From: Octopus sinensis
Lineage: Eukaryota
Length of the DNA stretch: 13,926 nt
NCBI RefSeq assembly: GCF_006345805.1
Contig: NW_021825924.1
Span: 1 to 13,926 of the forward strand
Direction of reading: 5' to 3'
A program made the translations under genes and the position numbers. Shown piece by piece: positions 1 through 8,158 of this stretch. The notes beneath the pieces were generated by a model, which was given only the letters and a program-made list of their open reading frames with translations, searched no databases and was not told the origin of the DNA. Each line of letters opens with the position of its first letter. Positions within the stretch are counted from its first letter, which is position 1.

Positions 1-100
1 TCGGAAGAGAGAATGGTAAAGACTGAAAGCATCCAGCCTCCGCAATTTCCACTAAACCTACGTAACATTTTTGCCTACGTTGATTTGCAAATCTAAAGAA

Positions 101-178
101 ATCATTATCACCACTATTATTATTGTTATCATCATCGTCGTCATCCTCATCGTCATCACCTTCATCATCATCATCATT
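101..178. repeat. Degenerate (ATC/ATT/GTC)n trinucleotide tract
   Basis: Runs of tcatcatca, tcgtcgtc and tattatt directly upstream of SINE A copy 1. Confidence 0.8.
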
Positions 179-411
179 AAGGCGGCGAGCTAGCAGAAAC
201 GTTAGCGCGCCGGGAGAAATGCTTAGCGGTATTTCATCTGCCGCTACGTTCTGAGTTCAAATTCCGTCGAGGTCGACTTTGCCTTTTATCCTTTCAGGGT
301 CGATTAAATAAGTACCAGTTATGCACTAGGGTTGATATAAACGACTTAATCCGTTTGTCAGTCCTTGTTTGTCCTCTCTGTGTTTAGCCCCTTGTGGGTA
401 GTAAAGAAATA
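179..411 (+). mobile_element. tRNA-derived SINE, family A, copy 1
   Basis: A-box-like TAGCAGAAACG and B-box GAGTTCAAATTCC, then central GCCTTTTATCCTTTCAGGGTCGATTAAATAAGTACCAG. It matches 421-632 with 21 mismatches in 212 nt and no indels. The central segment resembles the Meta/MESC-type SINE domain (from recall, needs alignment). Confidence 0.85.
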
Positions 412-418
412 TGTATTT

Positions 419-632
419 AAGGCGGCGAGCTGGCCGAAACATTAGCACGCCGGGCGAAATGCTTAGCGGTATTTCGTCTGCCGCTACGTTCTGAGTTCAA
501 ATTCCGCTGAGGTCGACTTTGCCTTTTATCCTTTCGGGGTCGATTAATTAAGTACCAGTTACGCACTGGGATCGATATAATCGACTTAATTGGTTTGTCT
601 GTCCTTGTTTGTCCCCTCTATGTGTAGCCCCT
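419..632 (+). mobile_element. tRNA-derived SINE, family A, copy 2
   Basis: Starts exactly 240 bp after copy 1 with the same A/B boxes; ends at tagcccct where copy 3 begins. Confidence 0.85.
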
Positions 633-793
633 TTGAGTTCAAATTCTGCCGAGGTCGACTTTGTCTTTCATCCTTTCGGGGTCGATAAATTAAGTACCAG
701 TTGTGTACTGGGGCCGATGTAATCAACTTAATCCCTTTACCTGTCCTTGTTTGTCCCCTCTAAGTTTAGCCCCTTGTGGGCAATAAAGAAATA
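633..793 (+). mobile_element. SINE family A, copy 3 (5'-truncated at the B box)
   Basis: Begins ttgagttcaaattc and carries the same body and aaagaaata end as copy 1. Confidence 0.8.
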
Positions 794-985
794 AGAATCG
801 TTAGCACGCCGGTCAAAATACTCAGTGGCATTTCGTCGCTCTGAGTTCAAATTACGCCGAGGTCGACTTTGTCTTTCATCTTTTCGGGGTGGATAAGTCA
901 AGTACCAGTTACGCACTGGGATCGATGTAATCGACTTAATCTTACACCCAAAATTTCAGGTCTTGCGCATATAGCAGAAAGGATT
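794..985 (+). mobile_element. SINE family A, copy 4 (variant 3' end)
   Basis: Starts inside the A box (agaatcgttagc) and shares the body, but ends cccaaaatttcaggtcttgcgcatatagcagaaaggatt. That 3' variant also occurs on the minus strand at 13770-13890. A TTG-rich tail follows. Confidence 0.75.
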
Positions 986-1075
986 GTTGTTGGTGTGGCT
1001 GTTGTTGTGTTTGTTGTCGCTCCTTACATGGACCTCTAGGGATCATATGGATCCTGGATCAGGACAACAGGTCTA

Positions 1076-1402
1076 GAGTAAGAAGTTTGCTTCCCAACCG
1101 GTCACCGGTTCTTCTACTATAGCCTCGGGCGGACCAAAGCCTTGTGAGTGGATTTGGTAGACGGAAACTGAAACAAGCCCATCGTATGTATGTGTGTGTA
1201 TTTGTCTCCATCATCGCTTGACAAACAGTGTTGGTGAGTTTATGTTCCCGTAACTTAGCGGTTCGACAGAGACCGATAGAATAAGTACTAGGCTTGAAAA
1301 TAAGTCCTGTGTTCCAATTGTTCGACGAGAGCACTTCAAGGCGGTGCTCCAGTATGGCTGCAGTCAAATTACTGAAATATGTAAAAGAATAAAAGAATAA
1401 AA
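1076..1402 (+). mobile_element. CORE-type tRNA-derived SINE, family B, with B-box region deleted
   Basis: Colinear with the reverse complement of 13199-13627 (cttctactatagcctcggg...tgtgagtggatttggtagacggaaactgaa, internal TG tract, gcagtcaaat..ctgaaa tail, AAAAGAAT repeats). The B box and ccttgggcaagt segment are missing. Confidence 0.85.
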
Positions 1403-1605
1403 ATATATACGTCCATGTTTGTTGTAAGACTTATTTACCGGTTCTACCAAAGCTCTGAGAAATATAAAGCTTCCCTTTCATAAGTCCCATGTTATTCTGG
1501 TGCATGAAAAAGTCCTACATAACCGGATATGTGTATTATATATCATGTGTCGATGCTAAGGAAATATTTCCTGAAGAGCGTAAAGGGAGGTAATTAAATA
1601 TTACA

Positions 1606-1990
1606 TGTGGAAGCACTCCGTCGGTTACGACGACGAGGGTTCCGGTTGATCCGATCAACGGAAACAGCCTGCTCGTGAAATTAACGTGTAAGTGGCTGAG
1701 CACTCCACAGACACTGTACCCTTAACGTAGTTCTCGGGGATATTCAGCGTGAACACAGAGAGTGACAAGGCGGCCCTTTGAAATACAGGTACAACAGAAA
1801 CAGAAGTAAGAGTGAGAGAACGTTGTGGTGAAAGAATACAGCAGGGATCAACCACCATCCCCTGCCGAAGCTCTCGTGGAGCTTTAGGTGTTTTCGCTCA
1901 ATAAACACTCACAACGCCCGGTCTAGGAATCGAAACCGCGATCCTACGACCGCGAGTCCGCTGCCCTAACCACTGGGCCATTGCGCCTCC
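1606..1990 (-). mobile_element. Full-length tRNA-derived SINE, family C, with 10-bp target-site duplication
   Basis: Minus-strand head GGAGGCGCAATGGCCCAGTGGTTAGGGCAGCGGACTCGCGGTCGTAGGATCGCGGTTTCGATTCC has A box TGGCCCAGTGG and a B box. The perfect direct repeat AAATATTACA lies at 1596-1605 and 1991-2000. Confidence 0.85.
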
Positions 1991-2019
1991 AAATATTACA
2001 ACAGGGTATATACTTTTAG

Positions 2020-2158
2020 ATGCTCGAACGATGCGGACGATCTACAGACTAACAACAGCAACAACAATAACAACAACAACAACAACAGTCGCGGCAACAG
2101 CAACAGTAACAAGGAGAGCAACAGCAACAACAAGAACAGCAGCAACAACGTAATCAAG
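2020..2158 (+). other. Possible isolated Asn/Ser-rich coding exon, or just an interrupted (CAA)n tract
   Basis: tacttttAG at 2011-2019 and AAG|GTAAGT at 2159. Only one frame is open (CSNDADDLQTNNSNNNNNNNNNSRG...NNVIK). No homology support. Confidence 0.2.
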
Positions 2159-2320
2159 GTAAGTAAGCAGTGAAGATGCTACCTTGACAGAATTGAAGGA
2201 CTTTCAAGCGTCTAAATAAATAAATACCTAAATGAAAGGATAAATAAATGAATGAATGAATAATGTATAAGATTAAAGAAACCTCAAATTTAATCCCTCT
2301 TAATCCAAGGATACGATTAA

Positions 2321-2589
2321 AACACACACACTCACACACACACACACACACGCGCACGCGCAGGTAGGCGCATACCACAAGTACATATGTATGTACATAA
2401 ACACACATACATGATAAACATATATACATACATATATACATACATACATACATATATATATATATGTGTGTGTGTATACATATATATACATATATATATA
2501 TGCATATATATATGTGCATGTTATGTATATATGTATATACTTATATCTATATACCTATCTCTCTATTTCTCTCTCTCTCACTCTCTCTC

Positions 2590-2639
<50 letters not shown>

Positions 2640-2810
2640 CCTATATATATATGCACAGACACACACACATACATATACATGCATAAAACCAAGATATACA
2701 ATGATAAGCATATTCATCTACCTATATCTATATCATCTATATCATAACACACTCACACTCACACACACACACATACACATACACACACACACTGAAACAT
2801 ACGCATACAT
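2321..2810. repeat. Compound dinucleotide microsatellite region: (CA)n, (TA/CA)n, (CT)n, (CA)n
   Basis: Visible directly; explains ORFs 2154..2519, 2300..2491, 2387..2686, 2464..2853 and 2466..2747. Confidence 0.95.
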
Positions 2811-2956
2811 AATTAACAAATTGCATCGTAACAAGAATTGCATAACCATATGAAATAAGTGAAAGTTGTTTTAGCTAATGTACGTATTAGCTAATATTTT
2901 AGCTAATGTAATCATGTATGCATGTATGTATTTATGTTTTCCTTTACTCTTTAACT

Positions 2957-3001
2957 GTTTTAATTGTTTGTCATTTGACTGCGGCCATGCTAGAGCACCG
3001 C
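2957..3001 (-). mobile_element. 3' tail fragment of SINE family B
   Basis: gtcatttgactgcggccatgctagagcaccgc matches the tails at 6495-6526 and 13213-13244. Confidence 0.75.
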
Positions 3002-3815
3002 AAATCGATGGCACATCCAATAGTTCATTTATCTTGGATGTACCATCTCATCAGATACGAGCATCCACAAAGAAATTGACAACAGATTGCAAAGGCAAAC
3101 AAAGCATTTAACAAACTGTACAAGCGTATGTGTAACAACAAACAAGCATCTTAAGATCCGCACAAAAGTCAACATCTACAGGGCCGTCGTGCTCACAACG
3201 CTCCTATATGGCTTTGAATCCTGGGTCCTCTACTGCTATCATCTCAGACTCCTCGAACATTTTCCCCAACGCTGCCTCCGTACCATTTTCAACATTTACT
3301 GGAGCGACTACATCACCAACACTGAGGTCTTCGAGCGAGAAAAGGTCACTAGCCTGGAAGCCATTTTACTTAAGACACGACTGTGTTGGGTAAGGCACGT
3401 TAACAGGACGAGAGACCACCGCCTACATCATGTAGGGTGAGCTCACCATTGGTCACCCCAACAGTGGGGCACCAAGGAAACATTACAGTCCCTTAGCGTT
3501 TGTCACATTGATTATCGGAAGTAGTCCAGTCTAACAGTTGACCGCGTCGCTTGATGTCATGCTGTCAGCGATGTTGCTTCTTCCTTTGAAATCTCCCGCA
3601 GTGCCTTTCTTGAAGACAAAAGTCAGAAGCGAAAAAACAATACACCTACAGCATCAGACCCTGAACAACTATACCCCACTGTCATCACTGCAATCGGATA
3701 TTTCAATCCGACATCGGCCTGATCAGAGACGAACGAGCGTGCAGACGACAAACGAGCATGCAGACGACGTGGACGGACAACAGCCTTCCTAATCGTCTTC
3801 AGCGAAGCCAAGCTA
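3002..3815 (+). mobile_element. RTE-clade LINE, 5'-truncated 3' fragment (RT C-terminus, Zn-finger-like end, 3' UTR); decayed
   Basis: From 3024: FIYLGCTISSDTSIHKEIDNRL, then KHLKIRTKVNIYRAVVLTTLLYGFESWVLY...LEHFPQRCLRTIFNIYWSDYITNTEV. Later GAPRKHY and CHHCNRIFQSDIGLIR (from 3680). These are typical RTE ORF motifs, with stops and frameshifts; an (AT)n tail follows. Confidence 0.9.
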
Positions 3816-3818
<3 letters not shown>

Positions 3819-3879
<61 letters not shown>

Positions 3880-3881
3880 AT
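3819..3881. repeat. (TA)n microsatellite
   Basis: Near-perfect TA run after the RTE 3' end. Confidence 0.95.
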
Positions 3882-4091
3882 AACGGGAAGCTTTATGAAA
3901 ATAAACAAAAGACGAAGGCAGGTGGAGTAGTACAAACAAACAATTGTATTAGTATGGCGCTCAGGAATAGAAAAAACAAGTCTTTTACGTTTCGAGCCTA
4001 CGCTCTTCAACAGAAAGATACAAAGAAAAGAAACACGGAGAGAGAAAAAAAGGAGAGAAAAAATGCGTGCAGGAGCTAACGAATCAACATG
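3882..4091 (-). mobile_element. Short non-coding Penelope-like (pLTR-type) element with a hammerhead-like motif
   Basis: Flanked by TA runs. It shares acaaa, gtatta, cgctcagga and acgtttcgagc...gctcttc with 12956-13156. PLE assignment is inference from the known association of minimal hammerheads with PLE ends. Confidence 0.5.
3981..4018 (-). ncRNA. Minimal type I hammerhead-ribozyme-like motif (A6 to U variant)
   Basis: Minus strand: UCUUU-CUGUUGA-A-GAGC(GUAG)GCUC-GAAA-CGUA^AAAGA. Stem I is 5 bp, stem II is 4 bp, and stem III is a palindromic ACGU. Confidence 0.5.
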
Positions 4092-4104
4092 ATATATATA
4101 TTTA

Positions 4105-4304
4105 CGAGGGTGTGCTGAAAAGTTCCTGGCTTTGGATAAAAGAAAATACAGGAGGGTCAGTTGATTAGGATTTTATTCGACATATTCCCCTCTCAGATTC
4201 ACTCACTTATTGCAGCGGTCCTTTAGTTTTTCCAAGCCCTGTAAAAGAACTCGAATGGTTTGGCCTCCAACCAAGTCTTTCGTGATACCCTTCAAGCCAG
4301 GAAC
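4105..4304 (-). mobile_element. mariner-derived MITE/deletion derivative
   Basis: TA then TIR CGAGGGTGTGCTGAAAAGTTCCTGGCTTT. A partial opposite TIR AAGCCAGGAAC lies at 4294-4304. The minus strand at 4173-4274 gives WLEAKPFEF/QGLEKLKDRCNK*VNLRGEYVE*, the mariner transposase C-terminus. Confidence 0.8.
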
Positions 4305-5153
4305 ACCAATTTTAGATACATAAATTGACGAACAAATCTTGGTATATTTGTGCGAGTAGTTGAACATTTTCTTTCTTATACATATTTATGGGTATGCTTG
4401 AATGTAGCGATATATACATACGTCGGTAGGTAAATACGTAGTCACATAGGAATATGCGTGTGTGTGAGCGCACGCGTCTGTATGTACGAATGATTAAGTA
4501 TGCACTATCCGGCTCTTTTATATGCCACTAAATTCTTAGCTATTTATCATCGTTAACTCGAAAGCTTCTTTGATCTAAGATAGCTTAGGCGTTGGATTTC
4601 ATCTTTTCCCCAAATACCTTGATTACGCTTGTAACCATTCTCCCTTTTCTTCTTTCTTCATCTCAGCAATAAAATAGAAATAACGAAATTCTTTTTCTTA
4701 ATTGCTATATATAGAATGTTCAACTAAATTTATAGGCAGTCATTTTGTTCTGCCTACCAACTGAAGTTGGCAGTTAACGATGGATTAAATTACTATTTTC
4801 TTCTGAAGATCCAATGTTCTAAGGTGATTGCATAATCATCTATGTAACGATTACTGCACAAACACGCCACTGAAACACCTATAAAGATTATGTAATTTAT
4901 TATGTTAAAATAAAGAGAATAACCGAATCTTCTAGTTTATTCTGCTCTCCTGTATACACTCTATGATTTATTCGAATGAATATTCTACCAAAAGACAATC
5001 CAAGAAAAAATACTTGATTGGAAGATGGCTGTATATGGATTTATATGGAGCCATAAGCAACGGTCAACTGTTTTCTGACTCATTCGAAATAAGCATTTTT
5101 CAATACGTATATATATATAGAGAGAGAGGGGGGAGGGTAGAGAGAGAGAGAGA

Positions 5154-5228
5154 GGCTGGACAAAATAATGGAAACACCTAGGATCACAGCATCATTATTT
5201 TGAAATATCTATAAAACCGTCAAAGCTT
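5154..5228 (+). mobile_element. Isolated copy of the Tc1 left end
   Basis: ggacaaaataatggaaacacctag...tttgaaatatctataaaacc is a direct repeat of 5422-5497; flanked by microsatellites. Confidence 0.75.
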
Positions 5229-5277
5229 ATATATACATACACACATACATGCGCAAACATACATACATACGTACACA

Positions 5278-5309
<32 letters not shown>

Positions 5310-5418
5310 TACACAAATACACACATGTCTAATATCACATGCCAGAGAATGAGTTTAGCGCATATTTTAATGCCATGGCACGCAAAAGTTCCATGCGAAA
5401 GTTTATGTGGAATTTATA

Positions 5419-6105
5419 CAGGGGTTGGACAAAATAATGGAAACACCTAGCATCATAGCATCATAATTTTGAAATATCTATAAAACCCTCAAAAGCTTGT
5501 TTATATTCATGTTTTTTTTATTTATTATTAGTGTTGCTTAATATGTCTTGCTAAAATTGTTGTTTCTTTTCAGATATCATCAGAATAAGGTAATGAAAAT
5601 TCATTAAAATGATAGATCTATCGGACTTTCAAAGAGGTCAAATTGTTGGTGCTCGTATGGCAGGCGTTAGCGTAACGAAAACAGCCGATATATTTGGTAT
5701 ATCAAGAAGTACTGTCTCGAAAGCAATGACAACCTTTGAGAAAGAGGGAAAAAAACCACCTCGTCGAAGCAAAACTCCTGAAGAAAACCAAAACTTTCAG
5801 ATAGGGACCGTCGCACTCTTACGAGAATTGTTAGATAGGATCACAAAAGTACAGCTCCTAAAATTACTGCAGAGCTTAATGACTACCTCAAGAACCCACT
5901 TCCACAAAAATTGCTTGCCAAGAGCTGCACAAAGCCGGATTTCACGGGAGGGTTACAAACAGAAAAACCACCACTTTCAAAAACAAACATTGCAAAGAAT
6001 TGGTCCCTAGAGCAGTAGAGACAGCCAAAAGAAGTATTTGACCCAGACTGCCTTCTTCCAATTGTTAAACATGGAGGAGGATCTATGATGATCTGGAGGG
6101 CTATA
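5419..6105 (+). mobile_element. Tc1-family DNA transposon, 5' part; transposase pseudogene
   Basis: TA then CAGGGGTTGGACAAAATAATGG end. From 5609: DLSDFQRGQIVGARMAGVSVTKTADIFGISRSTVSK (paired-like HTH). After a frameshift: RKPKLSDRDRRTLTRIV...ELHKAGFHGR, then PDCLLPIVKHGGGSMMIW. The first catalytic Asp region is absent and the element is 3'-truncated at a TA run. Confidence 0.9.
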
Positions 6106-6478
6106 TATATAATTTATCACCTTCTTCAACTCTGCAACATTCTATATTCCATAATTGTTATTGAATGTTATCGCGAACGTTTAACTAAATATTATTGTCT
6201 AGTGCCCACATATTATTCATAGATTATACTTCGGATCTTCTCTGCTAAGATACAAGATTTAGGATCTTTATCTTCTCATTTATTTACTACACCTTTGCAT
6301 ACGTCCAAAGACATGCACTCTCTTCATTTGAATATTAATTTTTACGTTCATGTATTTGTTTTGCAAGATTCCTGATGTGAAATCGCGTATTGAAACATAT
6401 ATTGTTAAACTTGGGGACGGTCATTTTTTTTTCTTGCTAAATAAACACACGCACTGTATATTCGCTCTTCAATTTTAT

Positions 6479-7243
6479 TCTTTTACTTGTATCAGTCATT
6501 TGACTGCGACCATGCTGGAGCACCACCTTTAGTCGAACAGCTAAGTTGCGAGGACGTAAACACATCAACATCGGTTATCAAGCGATGGTAGGGGGACAAA
6601 CACAGACACGCAAATATATATATATAATATAATATATAGTATATATATAATTATATATATGATTATATATATATATATAATATATACTAGCAGTATCGCC
6701 CGGCGTTGCTCGGGTTTGTTTCGACCCTTTAGAATTTGAATTTTTGAAAAGTAAAAATTTTGCATTATGTAGCTTGCTATTCTCTTTAAGTGAACATTTT
6801 CCTAGTTGAAATACACCGAAAAATGGCGACACAGCAGTCAAAAAATCGTTAAAAAAATAGGGATTTTCATAGAAAAAAAAGCACCTTTTTGGTGTAAATA
6901 ATTTTGGGTCTTAACATGGTCCGATTTGAATTTTATCTTCTATGGAATGAAAAGCAAGCCTTCTTCTATCATACTCTCAATTTTGGTCAACTTGAGCAGC
7001 AGGGTCTCGGAGGAGATAGTGTTAGCTGAAGGCTACCAAACCTGCCGTACACAGACAACTTCAGCTTTATATATATATATATATATATATATTATACGAC
7101 GAACTCCTTTCCGATTCCGTTTACCAAATCCACTCACAAGGCTATATAAGAAGAGACTTGGCCAAGGTGCCATGCAGTGGGACTGAATCCGGGACCATGT
7201 GTTTGGAAAGCAAACTTCTTACCACACAGCCACGCTTGCGCCT
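6479..7243 (-). mobile_element. SINE family B copy split by an insertion in its internal (TA)n
   Basis: Tail at 6479-6612, (TA)n, insert at 6686-7069, (TA)n, then CORE and tRNA head at 7095-7243. It is colinear with 13199-13627 apart from 64-bp and 16-bp deletions. Confidence 0.85.
6686..7069 (-). mobile_element. Non-autonomous Helitron/Helentron-type (HINE/DINE-1-like) element
   Basis: The minus-strand 3' end is CCCGAGCAACGCCGGG hairpin (6699-6714) then CTAGT. The other end has an 8-bp inverted repeat AGCTGAAG (7024-7031) / CTTCAGCT (7059-7066) beside TTTATATA. No TSD; it sits in a TA run. Confidence 0.65.
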
Positions 7244-7258
7244 GTTTATTATTGTTTA

Positions 7259-7309
7259 TTATTGTTGGAAATCTTTCGTCACATCCTGTGACCTCTTCAG
7301 CGACAACAA
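7259..7309 (-). ncRNA. Minimal type I hammerhead-ribozyme-like motif, intact catalytic core
   Basis: Minus strand: UUGUUGUCG-CUGAAGA-G-GUCAC(AGGAU)GUGAC-GAAA-GAUUUC^CAACAAUAA. The triplet is UUC. Stem I is 9 positions with one mismatch. AGAUUU is self-complementary with wobbles, so stem III would form as a dimer. Confidence 0.6.
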
Positions 7310-8110
7310 GGAATATCAATTCTTTATTGTTGTAATAAACAATTCCTTTATTTTGGAAACTATCAACGAACACAGACATCCCAGTCGCCTTCTGTGACAT
7401 CCGAACTCAATTACTGTTAGATGATTTATAACCTTACGCATACATCACTTCTTGACTGCACTGTACATAAAACGACCCTTTCCATCTCCCATACATCGCG
7501 CTGACCACCATGCCAAACTGCCATGCTGTACCCAACATACCTGGCTAACGGATACGTTTATTATTCTAGCATAGTTAACCGTAGCTATTTGCAAATGGAT
7601 TCCTTCACAATAGACCACCCAATATCCACTCACTCTCCTTACCGATACTGTCATTAGCCATTCCACTTTCATATATCTTCATCTAACTCTTGTGATTTAG
7701 ATATTTACCTTTAGATAAACTTGTTAGCCTCCATCGTCATCTTAGTATGACCTTATTTCTCTGTTTCATTTTTGTCTTTCTACTATACTCAGCAATAGTT
7801 TATTTTTATTTCCCGCGTGTGAGATGGGCTGAATCGTGGAAGTACTGCTATACCAGGCCAATCCGAGGCAAAGGCGGAGCAAGCCTCTAACTCTTCGTCT
7901 CGTTTTAAAAATCTATTTAATATCGATAAGCCCCAAATAGGGACGTATTAGATATTAAGAAATAGTAGTAAGCCAAAGCTTTCCACTATTCTCTTTTCCA
8001 CTGTTACATCTCATTCTCCTTTCGTTGCTGAAAGCGACTGGGATGGCTGTGTTCGTTCATACCAAAATAAAGGAATTGTTTATTACAACAATAAGGAATT
8101 AATATTCCTT

Positions 8111-8158
8111 ATTGTCGCTGAAGAGGTCACAGAATGTGACGAAACACAGACCGACAGT
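8111..8158 (+). ncRNA. Minimal type I hammerhead-ribozyme-like motif, probably inactive (U16.1 to A)
   Basis: AUUGUCG-CUGAAGA-G-GUCAC(AGAAU)GUGAC-GAAA-C(ACA)G-A-C-CGACAGU. Stem I is 7 bp and stem II is 5 bp, but the triplet is GAC rather than GUC. Confidence 0.55.

Larger units (their letters stand above)
7259..8158. mobile_element. Non-coding element with ~120-bp inverted terminal repeats, each carrying a hammerhead-like motif (probable PLE derivative with inverted pLTRs)
   Basis: 7274-7392 versus the reverse complement of 8030-8144: 7 substitutions and one 4-nt indel in 115 aligned positions. The ~640-bp core has no recognisable ORF. Confidence 0.7.

Noticed and set aside
179-985. Repeat array superficially like CRISPR or satellite DNA
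   Set aside because: Units are 160-240-bp Pol III SINE bodies with no repeat-spacer structure.
1606-1650. SINE C tail as a match to the RTE 3' end at 3781-3815
   Set aside because: Only a short tcgtc similarity, too weak to assign a SINE-LINE partnership.
1915-1990. tRNA-like sequence (also SINE A and B heads)
   Set aside because: It continues into a SINE body within a TSD and lacks a proper acceptor stem and terminator, so it is not called a tRNA gene.
2154-2853. Several ORFs of 63-129 aa rich in Y/I/C/V/H/T/L/S
   Set aside because: Translations of TA, CA and CT microsatellites.
4632-4700. Strong pyrimidine tract and AG at 4665-4666 followed by AATAAA
   Set aside because: All frames close quickly and there is no linked donor evidence.
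7393-8029. DIRS-like interpretation of the inverted-repeat element
   Set aside because: I found no internal complementary region matching the outer ends and no RT, RNase H or tyrosine-recombinase remnants.
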